Source: an uncultured Gemmatimonadales bacterium (GTDB lineage: Bacteria > Gemmatimonadota > Gemmatimonadetes > Longimicrobiales > RSA9). From it: a DNA stretch of 64,000 nt. Both the position numbers and the translations under genes were made by a program. Below the pieces are notes generated by a model that saw only the letters and a list, made by a program, of their open reading frames with translations, was not told the origin of the DNA and did no database searches. Where the stretch lies: the NCBI GenBank assembly GCA_963708135.1, contig OY970192.1, forward strand, positions 3,342,152-3,406,151, in the 5' to 3' direction. Shown piece by piece: positions 9,711 to 19,238 of the stretch (the first letter of the stretch is position 1; each line of letters opens with the position of its first letter).

Positions 9711-9838
9711 GTGCAGCGGTTGTCCCAGAAGGCGATCGAGTTCGGCTCCCAGCGGAAGCGGCACTGGAGCCTGGGCCTCGAGCGCGACGAGCGCCGCCTC
9801 CACGTCGTCCGCCGGGACGCTGAAATGCTCCGCGACGC
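9711..9838 (-). pseudogene. Chimeric gene relic: 60 bp identical to tauD 10549-10608, joined directly to 68 bp about 93% identical to lhr 12683-12750
   Basis: Direct base-by-base comparison. The junction is at 9770/9771. Both pieces are in the same orientation as their parent genes. Confidence 0.9.
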
Positions 9839-9973
9839 AGTCGATCCCGCCGCGTCCCGTTCGTCGCATCACTGGAGCCGGGCCACGGCTCCGCACCCGA
9901 CACGCGGACGCGGCGCCCTGACGACGCCTCGCCACGGGCCCGCGCGCTCCGCCCCACGCTGGAGGCGATCCCC

Positions 9974-10384
9974 ATGCGGCTCTTCACCTACTTGAACTAC
10001 AACGGCAACTGCCGCGAGGCGTTCGAGTTCTACGCGGAACACCTCGGGGCGCGCATCGTCATGCTCACGACGCACGGCGAGGCGCCCGACCCGAGCCGGG
10101 TCCCGCCCGAGATGAAGGACGCCGTGCTTCACGCCCGCCTCGAGCTGGGCGACGGCGTGCTCCTCGGCGCCGACATCCCGAAGGCCGAGCCCATGCGCAG
10201 CGCCTATCTCACGCTCAGCCTGGACAGCAGCGAGGAGGCCGAGCGCGTCTACGCCCTGCTCTCCGACGGCGGCGAGGTCTTCATGCCCATGGAGGAGACC
10301 TTCTTCGCCCACCGCTTCGCCATGCTGCGCGACCGCTTCGGCACGTCGTGGATGCTGCTCCACGAGCGCGAGATGGGGGCGTAA
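9974..10384 (+). CDS. VOC/glyoxalase-superfamily protein (PhnB/YjdN-like), 136 aa
   Basis: MRLFTYLNYNGNCREAFEFY... and ...FFAHRFAMLRDRFGTSWML are typical of this family. Confidence 0.8.
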   Translation: MRLFTYLNYNGNCREAFEFYAEHLGARIVMLTTHGEAPDPSRVPPEMKDAVLHARLELGDGVLLGADIPKAEPMRSAYLTLSLDSSEEAERVYALLSDGGEVFMPMEETFFAHRFAMLRDRFGTSWMLLHEREMGA

Positions 10385-10457
10385 TGGCGGCCGCGCACGA
10401 CCACGAGGCCGAACTGCTGCCGGTGCACTTCCTGCAGCACGCGGAAGGCGTGGCGCC

Positions 10458-11291
10458 TTACACCGCCCCCACCGGCCGCTCGCCGCGCACCGTCACCCGG
10501 TACCCCGAGCGCGTGTGCGGGAAGTAGTCCCACACCGCGAAGTGCTGCGTGCAGCGGTTGTCCCAGAAGGCGATCGAGTTCGGCTCCCAGCGGAAGCGGC
10601 ACTGGAGCTCGGGGTCCTGCACGTGCCGGAACAGGAAGTCGAGCACGGCGTCGCTCTCGGCTTTCGGCACGCCCACGATGCGCGTCGTGAACATCGAGTT
10701 CACGAACAGGCACTTCCGCCCGGACACCGGGTGCACGCGCACGACCGGGTGCTCGGCGCGCGGGTAGGCGCGGCCGCCATCGTCGCGTCCGATGATGGCG
10801 TTCACCTCGCGGTAGTACGGCCCGCCGTCGTGGATCGCGGTGAGCCCCTCGAGGTACGCCTTCATCCGCTCCGACAGCGCGTCCCAGGCCGCGTACATGC
10901 TGGCGAAGAGCGTGTCTCCGCCGCTCGGCGGGACGCGGAACAGCCGCAGGATCGAGCCCATCGGCGGCTCGGGCGCGCACGAGACGTCGGAGTGCCAGGT
11001 CTGCCCCGCCACCCGCTTCGAGCGCTCGTCCGCGTGGATGACCATGACCTCGGGGTGGCCGTCCAGCCCGGGGTCGTTCGGGTGCACGTCCAGCGTGCCG
11101 AAGCGCGCGCCCAGCGCCTTGTGCGCCTCGATCGAGATGTCCTGGTCGCGGAAGAAGACCACCAGGTGCTCCGTCAGCGCATCCCGGATGAGCTCGGCCG
11201 TGGCGTCGTCGAGGTGCTCCAGCTCGACACCCAGGATCTCGGCGCCCAGCGTGGGCGTGAGCGGACGGATCTCGGGGCGGGAGGGGCTCAC
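10458..11291 (-). CDS. tauD: TauD/TfdA-family Fe(II)/2-oxoglutarate dioxygenase, 277 aa
   Basis: WHSDVS (HxD), DTLFAS and NRCTQHFAVWDY motifs. GTG start at 11291 with AGGAG 8 nt upstream. The start overlaps the lhr stop (GTGA). Confidence 0.85.
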   Translation of the reverse strand: MSPSRPEIRPLTPTLGAEILGVELEHLDDATAELIRDALTEHLVVFFRDQDISIEAHKALGARFGTLDVHPNDPGLDGHPEVMVIHADERSKRVAGQTWHSDVSCAPEPPMGSILRLFRVPPSGGDTLFASMYAAWDALSERMKAYLEGLTAIHDGGPYYREVNAIIGRDDGGRAYPRAEHPVVRVHPVSGRKCLFVNSMFTTRIVGVPKAESDAVLDFLFRHVQDPELQCRFRWEPNSIAFWDNRCTQHFAVWDYFPHTRSGYRVTVRGERPVGAV

Positions 11292-14200
11292 GGGCTCGTC
11301 TCCTGTTCGGCCAGCCAGCGCGGGCGGCGGCGGGGCCGACCCGCATAGGGGCGCAGGGTGGGCGGGACGCGGCGGGTCAGCGCGGGCGCGAGCAGGCGCG
11401 TCGCCGGCAGCTCCTGCGGCTGCAGGCGCTCGAGCTTGCCGGCCACGAGGGCCGCCACGGGGACGCCGTCGCGGTAGACGACGCGATTCGTCGCCAGAGC
11501 CGGCACGCGGCCCTCCGGCGTCGTGATGCCGGTGAGGTTGAGCGGATCCGCGGCGCTTATGCCGAGGAGCAGGCCGTCCGGCGGCTCGTCGCGGATCGAG
11601 CGGAGCAGCCCCACGGCCTCCGGGAGCGCGAACTGCTCGCCGGCAAAGCCGGCGACGAAGCGCCCGCCGCGCACCTCGCCGCGCGCCTCGAGCCGGCGCA
11701 GCGCCCGCACCAGCTCGCGCCACGGCAGCGCCGCGGACTCCCGCGCGGCCACCCGCCGGCACACCACCCCCCAGCGGCGCAGCAGCGCGCGCGCCTGCGC
11801 CTCCGCGCGCTCGGCGCGCAGCACCCCGGCGCGCGCGGGCTCCGCGCCGGCGCTCGGCCCTGCCTCGAGCGCGGAGGACGTCCGCGACCAGCGGCCGGCC
11901 GTCTCCACGGAGTACGGCGCCGCGTCCGCGCGTCGCGACCGCCTGCGCCGGGGCGGCAGGGCGGCGGCCCCGTCGCCTTCCACCACGCGCGCCGGCGACT
12001 CCAGGCGCGGGCGCTTCTGCGCCGGGGTGAGCAGCGCGCGCACGCCGGCGAAGCCGTCGGACGTGACATGCCCCGCGGCCACGAGCTCGGCGAGCGCGCT
12101 CTCGACGCGCGTGGGCAGCAGCCCCGCCGCCGCCACGAGCTCCGCGAAGAACGATGCGCCGCGCCCGCCCAGCGCCTCGAGCACGCGCATGGCGTCGGAG
12201 GACAGGGCCGCGCCCTCGCCTTCCGGATCGACGGCCTCGCGCCACGGCTCGGCCGCGCCGCGCGGCAGCAGCGCGAGAGGCGTGGAGCGCAGCGGGCCGC
12301 GCGGCCGGCCGTTGCCGTCGCCGGCCGGCGGACGGAGGCGCAGCCAGGCGACGCGCCCGCCGAACGTCAGCGCGTCCAGCGCCGCCGGCGAGTAGTCCTC
12401 CACGCGCGCGGCGAGCACGTCCGCCTCCCACGCGCCCGCCGGCACCTCGAAGCCGGCGAGCTGCTCGATCACGCCCGCCAGCCCCTCCGGCCCCGCGGCC
12501 TGGCTCCCGGGCTGCACCCGCTGCCAGCGGAACAGGAAGCGCATGTAGTCGGCCGGCTCGACGGGCCGGATCTCGGCCCTCAGCCGGTCCAGCGTGTAGC
12601 GGTGGATGCGCGCCAGCAGACGCCGGTCGCACCATTCCCGCCCGCTCGCTCCCGGCGTGAACGCGCCGCGCAGCACCGTCCCCTGGGCCTCGAGCGCGAC
12701 GAGCGCCGCCTCCACGTCGCCCGCCACCACGCCGAAATGCTCCGCGACGCCGGCGGCCGTGGTCGGCCCGGCCACCTCCATCCAGCCCCGCACCAGCTCG
12801 CGCAGCGCCTCCTCCCGCTCGGGCGGCTCGGCCAACCCGCGCGCGATCTCGAGCACCCGCGCCGGCTCGACCACGGCGCCGGGGTGCACGGCGACGAGCT
12901 CCAGCACCCGCTCCGTCGCCGACAGCAGCGCCGCCCCGTCCACGGACACGACCGCCGCGCGCCCCGAGCCGGCCAGCTCCTGGAACAGCGCCTCCGCGGC
13001 AGGATCCATGTCCGACCCGCGCAGCGCGCCCGCCAGCAGCAGGAAGTCGTGCAGCTCGTCGGCGTCCCGGGCGTCGAGCCCGGCCTCCGCCCGCACCCGC
13101 TCGATTGCCGCGGCGTCCAGCGCGCCGAGGTCCCGCGCGCCGGACGGCTCGAGCGCCCGGCGGGTGTAGACCGCCTGCGTCCGGCGCTCCTCGAGCGGCG
13201 CGTCGTCGAGGAACTCGTACGCCCGCGCGTTGAGGATCTGCGAGGAGACCGGCGAGGGCTCCGGCACGTCCCGGGCAAGGCACTCGACGGTGCCGGCGCC
13301 GATCGCCTCTAGCACCGCGACCAGCCCGCGCAGATCCATCGCCTCCTCGAGGCAGTCGCGCAGCGTCTGGCGCACGAGCGGGTGGTCCGGGACCTCGCGG
13401 TCACCCGCGATGTTCTCGATGCACGCCGCGGCATCCGGGAACGCGGCGGCGAGCAGGTCCTCCGCCTGCATGCGCTGGATCGGCGGCGGCACGCGCCGCC
13501 CGCCGCGCTGGCGCGGCACGGCCAGCGAGATGGTCGTGTTCCAGCGCCAGCGCGTCTGGAAGAGCGGCGAGTCCAGCACCGCCTGCACGAGCACGTCGCG
13601 GACGCTCTTCGGATGCAGGTAGCGGAACACGTCCTCCAGCGGGAAGGAGTGCTGCGGCCCGAGCGAGAGCAGCACGCCCTCCTCGGTGGCGGCGGCCTGC
13701 AGCTCGAAGTTGAACGTGCGGCAGAACTTCTTGCGCAGCGCGAGCCCCCAGGCGCGGTTCACCCGCGCGCCGAACGGCGCGTGCAGCACGAGCTGCATCC
13801 CGCCCGCCTCATCGAAGAAGCGCTCGAGCACGAGGCGACGCTGCGTCGGCACCACCCCGAGCAGCCGCTTCGTCTCCGCCAGGTACGCGGCGAGCTGCTC
13901 GGCCGCGGCCGGCGGCACGCCGGTCTCCGCCGCGATGCGCGCGGCCACGGCCGCGATCGCCTGCTCCGTCCCCGCTCCGGCCTCCTCGAGCCACGCGTCG
14001 ATGTCGGCCCTGAGCTCCGACACGGCGGCGCTCAGCTCATCGCTCCGCGACGGCGCCTCGCCTAGCCAGAACGGGATGTTCGGCGGCGCGCCCTCGGCGT
14101 CCGCCACCCGGACCACGCCCTGCTGGATGCGCAGCACCCGCCACGACGTGTTGCCGAGCTGGAAGATGTCGCCGGCCATGCTCTCGACCGCGAAGTCCTC

Positions 14201-15760
14201 GTTCACCGTGCCGACGATCGTGCCCTCCGGCTCCACCACGACGCGGTAGTCCGCGTTGTCCGGGATCGCGCCGCCGGACGTGAGCGCCAGCAGCCGCGCC
14301 CCGCGCCGGCCGCGCAGCCGCCGGTTCACGGCGTCCCGGTGCAGCAGCGCCGCGCGGCGTCCCCGCCGCGTCGTGTAGCCGCTGCCGAGCATGGCGAGCA
14401 CCGCGTCGAAGCGCGCGCGCTCGAGGTCGCGGTACGGCGTCGCGCGGCGCACCAACGCGTAGAGGTCGTCCTCGGCCCAGTCCGAGGCCGCCGTCTCCGC
14501 CACCACCTGCTGCGCCAGCACGTCGAGCGGCGCCTGCGGCATCACCATGCGGTCGAGCTCGCCGCGCCGGACCAGCCGGAAGAGCGCGGCCGACTCGAGC
14601 AGGTCGTCGCGCGAGAGTGGGAAGAGCCGCCCCTTCGGCGTGCCGGAGACCGTGTGGCCCGACCGGCCGACCCGCTGCAGGAACGTGGCGACGCGGCGCG
14701 GCGAGCCGATCTGGCAGACCAGGTCCACGTGGCCGATGTCGATGCCGAGCTCGAGCGAGGCCGTCGCCACGAGCGCCCGCAGCCGCCCCGCCTTGAGCCG
14801 CTCCTCCGCGTCGAGCCGGACCTCCTTCGCCAGGCTGCCGTGGTGCGCCGCCACGGCCCCCTCGCCGAGCCGCTCGCCGAGATGGCGCGAGATGCGCTCC
14901 GCCAGCCGGCGCGTGTTCACGAACACGAGCGTCGTCCGGTGCCGGCGCACCAGCGCCGCGAGCCGGTCGTAGACCTCGTCCCAGACCTCCCCCGACATCA
15001 CCGCCTCGAGCGCGGACTCGGGCAGCTCGAGCGCCAGGTCCAGCTCCCGCGCGTGCCCCTCGTCGATCACCGAGCACGGCGCCGGCGCGGACGTGCCGGA
15101 GAGGAACTCGGCGACGCGCTCGATCGGCCGCTGCGTCGCCGACAGGCCGATCCGCTGCAGCCGCCGGCCCGCCACGTGGTCGAGGCGCTCCAGCGAGAGG
15201 GCGAGGTGCGCGCCGCGCCGCGACTCGATGACCGCGTGGATCTCGTCCACGATCACCGTGCGCGCCGTCCGCAACATCTCGCGGCCCCGCGCCGCCGTGA
15301 GGAGCAGGTACAGCGACTCCGGCGTGGTCACGAGGATGTGCGGCGGCGTGCGCAGCATCATCGCCCGCTCCGCCTGCGTCGTGTCGCCGCTCCGGACCGC
15401 GGCCGTGATGCGCACGTCGGGGAGCCCCGCCGCGCGCGCCAGCGCCCGGATCTCGCGCCGCGGCTCGGCCAGGTTCCTGTGGATGTCGGCGCTCAGGGCC
15501 TTCAGCGGCGAGACGTAGACGACGCGCGTCTCGTCCGGAAGCCCGCCCGCCTCGAGCCCCTCGCGCAGCAGGTCGTCGATGGCGGTGAGGAACGCGGCCA
15601 GCGTCTTCCCCGAGCCGGTCGGCGCCGCGATCAGCGCGTCGCCGCCGCCCCGGATGGCCTCCCACCCGCGCGCCTGGGCGGGCGTGGGCTCGCCGAGCCG
15701 GTCGGCGAACCACTGGCCGACGACCGGATGGAAGCCGGAGAAAGCGCTGGATGGGGACAT
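11288..15760 (-). CDS. lhr: Lhr-family large ATP-dependent helicase, 1490 aa
   Basis: APTGSGKTLAAF Walker A, VIVDEIH (DEAH-type), SATQ, and a long Lhr-type C-terminal extension. ATG at 15760. The rest of track ORF 11288..17575 is antisense to the PLD gene. Confidence 0.9.
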   Translation of the reverse strand: MSPSSAFSGFHPVVGQWFADRLGEPTPAQARGWEAIRGGGDALIAAPTGSGKTLAAFLTAIDDLLREGLEAGGLPDETRVVYVSPLKALSADIHRNLAEPRREIRALARAAGLPDVRITAAVRSGDTTQAERAMMLRTPPHILVTTPESLYLLLTAARGREMLRTARTVIVDEIHAVIESRRGAHLALSLERLDHVAGRRLQRIGLSATQRPIERVAEFLSGTSAPAPCSVIDEGHARELDLALELPESALEAVMSGEVWDEVYDRLAALVRRHRTTLVFVNTRRLAERISRHLGERLGEGAVAAHHGSLAKEVRLDAEERLKAGRLRALVATASLELGIDIGHVDLVCQIGSPRRVATFLQRVGRSGHTVSGTPKGRLFPLSRDDLLESAALFRLVRRGELDRMVMPQAPLDVLAQQVVAETAASDWAEDDLYALVRRATPYRDLERARFDAVLAMLGSGYTTRRGRRAALLHRDAVNRRLRGRRGARLLALTSGGAIPDNADYRVVVEPEGTIVGTVNEDFAVESMAGDIFQLGNTSWRVLRIQQGVVRVADAEGAPPNIPFWLGEAPSRSDELSAAVSELRADIDAWLEEAGAGTEQAIAAVAARIAAETGVPPAAAEQLAAYLAETKRLLGVVPTQRRLVLERFFDEAGGMQLVLHAPFGARVNRAWGLALRKKFCRTFNFELQAAATEEGVLLSLGPQHSFPLEDVFRYLHPKSVRDVLVQAVLDSPLFQTRWRWNTTISLAVPRQRGGRRVPPPIQRMQAEDLLAAAFPDAAACIENIAGDREVPDHPLVRQTLRDCLEEAMDLRGLVAVLEAIGAGTVECLARDVPEPSPVSSQILNARAYEFLDDAPLEERRTQAVYTRRALEPSGARDLGALDAAAIERVRAEAGLDARDADELHDFLLLAGALRGSDMDPAAEALFQELAGSGRAAVVSVDGAALLSATERVLELVAVHPGAVVEPARVLEIARGLAEPPEREEALRELVRGWMEVAGPTTAAGVAEHFGVVAGDVEAALVALEAQGTVLRGAFTPGASGREWCDRRLLARIHRYTLDRLRAEIRPVEPADYMRFLFRWQRVQPGSQAAGPEGLAGVIEQLAGFEVPAGAWEADVLAARVEDYSPAALDALTFGGRVAWLRLRPPAGDGNGRPRGPLRSTPLALLPRGAAEPWREAVDPEGEGAALSSDAMRVLEALGGRGASFFAELVAAAGLLPTRVESALAELVAAGHVTSDGFAGVRALLTPAQKRPRLESPARVVEGDGAAALPPRRRRSRRADAAPYSVETAGRWSRTSSALEAGPSAGAEPARAGVLRAERAEAQARALLRRWGVVCRRVAARESAALPWRELVRALRRLEARGEVRGGRFVAGFAGEQFALPEAVGLLRSIRDEPPDGLLLGISAADPLNLTGITTPEGRVPALATNRVVYRDGVPVAALVAGKLERLQPQELPATRLLAPALTRRVPPTLRPYAGRPRRRPRWLAEQETSP

Positions 15761-15946
15761 GGCAGGGAGATACCCGTCTGGCGGGCCGGGGTTTCTGCGC
15801 GCCGCGGCCGCGCGGCCACGCGGGACGCGCGGGCGGGGACGTCGCCCGGGAGCCATGCGGCGGCCGGCCTCGACGTCGGGAACATTGCCCGCCCCCGGTG
15901 GCGTCCGCATCCTTGGCCAGCACGCCCCCCGCACGCGGAGCTCCCC

Positions 15947-17764
15947 ATGGCCGCCACCCGCCGAACGAAAGGCCCGCTCACCGTCACCGCCTACCGCGGC
16001 GACGCCAAGACGCTCCTCGCCTTCGACCTCGCCAAACAGGCGACGACGAACCTGGCCGGCTTCACCATCCGCTCGGAGCCCGACGGGCGGCCGGCCTACT
16101 ACCTCTACAACCAGCTCCAGTTCAGGACGCCGTCGCACCACGCGCAGGACCCGACGGAGCCGCCCAACTCGAGCGTAAACGCGCCCCTCCACATCTTCCG
16201 CTGGGTGCACATCCCGGGGGTGGCGCACCAGGGGACCCGGCCGTTCCTCGGGCGCTACCGCTACACCGTCACGCCGCGCTACGTCGACGGCCACGGCTCC
16301 ATGCTGCCGCTCGATCCGGGCCTCGGCTGCACGGTGCCGACCGACGTCGTGCCCTTCGAGAAGGGAAAGCTCGCCCTCGGCTTCGCGCGCGGGTTCACGC
16401 AGTCCCAGGCCTTCGTGAACCACTACGGCCGCAACGCCCGCATCCGCCCGCCGGGAAAGGAGCTCCTGTTCGACACCTCGCAGGAGTCGGGCGTGAACGC
16501 CGACGGCGAGCACTACACCTACGCCGACCAGTACGAGTGGCTCGGCTTCACCGCGCGCGAGCGGGTGTTCCATCTGCTCCGCGAGGTGCTGTCCCGCAAG
16601 ACGCTGCGGCTCGACATGTTCGCCTACGACCTGAACGAGCCGGACCTGCTGGAGATCGTGCTCGAGCTGGCCAGGCAGGGGCGCGCCCGGCTCATCCTCG
16701 ACAACGCCGCGCTGCACCACAGCAAGTCGAAGCCGAAGCCCGAGGACCAGGTGGAGGCGAGGTTCACCGCCGTGGCCACGGCGCCGGCCGCGGTCCTGCG
16801 CGGCCACTTCGGCAGGTACGCGCACGACAAGGTGATGATCGTCTCCGGCAGGACCGGCCCGCTCAGGGTGCTCACCGGCTCCACCAACTTCTCCATCACC
16901 GGCCTGTACGTGAACTCCAACGACGTGATGGTCTTCGCCGACCATGCCGTGACCCGCCTCTACGCGCAGGTGTTCGAGGAGAGCTGGCGGGACGGCGTGA
17001 AGAGGGCGGCCTTCCGGGCCTCGCCCCTCTCCGCCGCGACGTATGCGTTCGACGGCCACGTCCCGAAGACCGAGATCACCTTCTCCCCGCACGAGGAGGA
17101 GCGGGCCGCGGAGATCCTCGACGCCGTGGCCGCTCGCATCGCGAAGGAGGAGGAGAAGCCGGACGGCAACGTGCTGTTCGCCGTCATGCAGGTGGACAAC
17201 GGCACCAGCCCCGTCTACACCGCGCTCCGCAACCTGCACGCGAACGAGACGATCTTCAGCTTCGGCATCTCCGACACGACCGAGGGCATCGCGCTCTACA
17301 AGCCCGGGCGGAAGACCGGCCTCCTGGTCACCGGCAAGCCCGCCTCCACCATGCTGCCGCCCCCCTTCCACGAGGTGCACCGCATCGGCCTCGGCCACCA
17401 GGTCCACCACAAGTTCGTCGTGTGCGGCTTCCAGCGCGGCGACGCCGTCGTCTACTGCGGCTCCTCCAACCTCGCCAACGGCGGCGAAACCCTGAACGGC
17501 GACAACCTCCTCGCCATCCACGACCGCGACGTCGCCACCGCCTTCGCCATCGAGGCCGTCACCCTCGTGGACCACTTCAACTTCCTCGACCGCTACACCA
17601 CCAAGGGCAAGACGACGAAGCCCGCCGCCGAAACCACGAAGGCCGCCGCCGACGCCGGCTGGTTCCTCTCGACCACCGACCGCTGGGTCCGCCGCTACTA
17701 CGACCCCGCCGACCTCAAGTACGCCGACCGGCGGCTGTTCGGGGGCGGGGCGGGGAGCGACTGA
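15947..17764 (+). CDS. Phospholipase D-like (two HKD-type motifs) protein with a beta-rich N-terminal domain, 605 aa
   Basis: HDKVMIV...LTGSTNFS and HHKFVVC...YCGSSNLA motifs. ATG at 15947, divergent from lhr across a 186-bp spacer. Confidence 0.75.
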   Translation: MAATRRTKGPLTVTAYRGDAKTLLAFDLAKQATTNLAGFTIRSEPDGRPAYYLYNQLQFRTPSHHAQDPTEPPNSSVNAPLHIFRWVHIPGVAHQGTRPFLGRYRYTVTPRYVDGHGSMLPLDPGLGCTVPTDVVPFEKGKLALGFARGFTQSQAFVNHYGRNARIRPPGKELLFDTSQESGVNADGEHYTYADQYEWLGFTARERVFHLLREVLSRKTLRLDMFAYDLNEPDLLEIVLELARQGRARLILDNAALHHSKSKPKPEDQVEARFTAVATAPAAVLRGHFGRYAHDKVMIVSGRTGPLRVLTGSTNFSITGLYVNSNDVMVFADHAVTRLYAQVFEESWRDGVKRAAFRASPLSAATYAFDGHVPKTEITFSPHEEERAAEILDAVAARIAKEEEKPDGNVLFAVMQVDNGTSPVYTALRNLHANETIFSFGISDTTEGIALYKPGRKTGLLVTGKPASTMLPPPFHEVHRIGLGHQVHHKFVVCGFQRGDAVVYCGSSNLANGGETLNGDNLLAIHDRDVATAFAIEAVTLVDHFNFLDRYTTKGKTTKPAAETTKAAADAGWFLSTTDRWVRRYYDPADLKYADRRLFGGGAGSD

Positions 17765-17807
17765 GGGGGCGCGGGCCGCGGGGCGGTCGAGCGCGCGCGT
17801 GCTGGCT

Positions 17808-17945
17808 TCGGAAACAGATCCGGTACTGATCCTTGATCCAGATGCTGTGCTGGGCGTTCCTTTCGCCGGTCAATGCCTCGGGCACGGCGAAACCAGCAAG
17901 CACAATCCCCAAATGAGGCTCACCTTGCGCGGTGGAGGTGTCAGG
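17808..17945 (-). pseudogene. higB: HigB-type (killer protein) toxin remnant
   Basis: The minus-strand translation LAGFAVPEALTGERNAQHSIWIKDQYRICFR matches the conserved LPG.RLH.L.GDR.G.WSI....WRI.F core. There is an in-frame TGA just upstream. The C-terminus is missing, and the sequence runs into high-GC DNA overlapping the PLD gene 3' end. Confidence 0.6.
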
Positions 17946-18188
17946 TCAATCTTGCGGCGGTACTTCAAGCCTGCTAACGGAAGCTTTATTAGCACCGGCG
18001 CCTCCCAACGCCTCGAGAATGACGCCGCGCGATCGGCTGGTGAACGATCTTCTTGAGGGGATCAGCCCCCGGGGAGGAGCGCGATTCGCGAAAGCACCGG
18101 ATTGAGTTGCGCTTCACCGAAAGTCGTTGATCAGACGTTAGGCGAAAGTGGTCCTTTAGCTAACAACAACGAACCGGGAGCGCTTCGT

Positions 18189-18803
18189 ATGCGCCCGCCA
18201 CCAGAGATCGATGATGGCTTTGGCAGCTGGGAGGAGTGGCATTACCGGCACGAGTTCTTTTGGGCTGCAACGATCCGGTGGGTCGTCGCGGTACTCGCGG
18301 TCGCGGCACTTCCCTACACGAGCTCCGAGGTACGCACCTTCTTCGGCCTCTGGACGGTAGCGTTCCCGGCATTTGCCTGCATTCTGGGGGTGGTCGCCTT
18401 CGTTCATCTGCTCGCCGAGCACGCCCGGGCCTTGTACGTGCGCTGGCACGTGGGTTATCGCGAGCGTGAACGGGAATTTCTCCACGACCGAACGGGCGTG
18501 AAGACGAGTTCCGCTCAGATTTTGCTGCGGCGGCCCATCCGCTGGCGCATCGGGCCTTACATATTCGCTGCCCTGTCGCTGGCGTTCTTCAGCTTGACCG
18601 GCCTCAACCTGCTCGTCTTCTACCCGTCACTCGCAGAGCAACTCAGCAAGGCGCCGAGCAGCGTCATCGGAGCGGTCCTCCAGATACTCGGCTGGATTTG
18701 GATTGCCAGCGGGTTTATCGTGGCGGGCATTCTGATCGTTCGAGACCAGGTCCATTACACGGACGCCGAGGGCAAGCCTGTAAGGAAGGAGCCTAGCGCC
18801 TGA
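18189..18803 (+). CDS. Hypothetical integral membrane protein (about 4 TM helices), 204 aa
   Basis: Hydrophobic segments WVVAVLAVAALPY, AFPAFACILGVVAFVHLL, YIFAALSLAFFSLTGLNLLVF and GAVLQILGWIWIASGFIVAGILIV. ATG at 18189 with GGGAG upstream. An alternative TTG start at 18102 is possible. Confidence 0.6.
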   Translation: MRPPPEIDDGFGSWEEWHYRHEFFWAATIRWVVAVLAVAALPYTSSEVRTFFGLWTVAFPAFACILGVVAFVHLLAEHARALYVRWHVGYREREREFLHDRTGVKTSSAQILLRRPIRWRIGPYIFAALSLAFFSLTGLNLLVFYPSLAEQLSKAPSSVIGAVLQILGWIWIASGFIVAGILIVRDQVHYTDAEGKPVRKEPSA

Positions 18804-19238
18804 AGAACACGAACCACCTTCGCCAGATGTGCCGAAGCAGGTCGACCTTCCGGCAGGCGAGCAATCGATCCAGAGCGCGACCCTCTACCATATCCGCCGG
18901 ATAAACAACCGCATTGCTGGTAAGCTGTCGCACTACCTGGATTTCAAATGGTCGTGACCGCGCGGTCGGCCTTGCAGCCCCATGCACCAACGCACGCAGG
19001 GCTCCCGACGTTGTCGTTCCGCGCTAGCCGGCTGGCAACAGCCACCGCGGGCGCGCCAATCCGAGAGAGGCGTCGCGGTGGCATAGACCGCGTGCGGTAG
19101 CCGCGCCTGGATTGTAGGTTCCCCTTGTTTCCGGCGGCCGGAGCAGGAGCATCGGTGGGGCAGTCCCCAGCAGTACTCACTGCCTCCGGTGCACCGCTTC
19201 CCCGCCCCTCCACCATCCGTGAAACGTGACGAAGCGAC

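Noticed and set aside
6858-9935. 1025-aa ORF overlapping the BTAD/TolB gene in another frame
   Set aside because: No motifs and extreme Arg/Gly/Ala content. The alternative frame (6896..9634) carries the BTAD and propeller repeats.
11292-13283. N-terminal 660 aa of track ORF 10458..13283
   Set aside because: Only the last 277 codons encode the TauD-like protein. The upstream part is an off-frame read-through of lhr.
14339-15946. N-terminal part of the 1141-aa ORF 14339..17764, plus other plus-strand ORFs antisense to lhr (12068..13312, 13382..14065 and others)
   Set aside because: They are antisense to a helicase gene with clear motifs and have low-complexity translations. The PLD-like protein starts at the ATG at 15947.
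17799-18056. 85-aa plus-strand ORF at the left edge of the island
   Set aside because: The opposite strand carries the recognisable HigB core, and this frame has no motif.
18793-18990. 65-aa minus-strand ORF between the membrane protein gene and hsdM
   Set aside because: No ribosome-binding site and no motif, and it overlaps the end of 18189..18803. It could be a degraded gene fragment, but the sequence alone gives no support.
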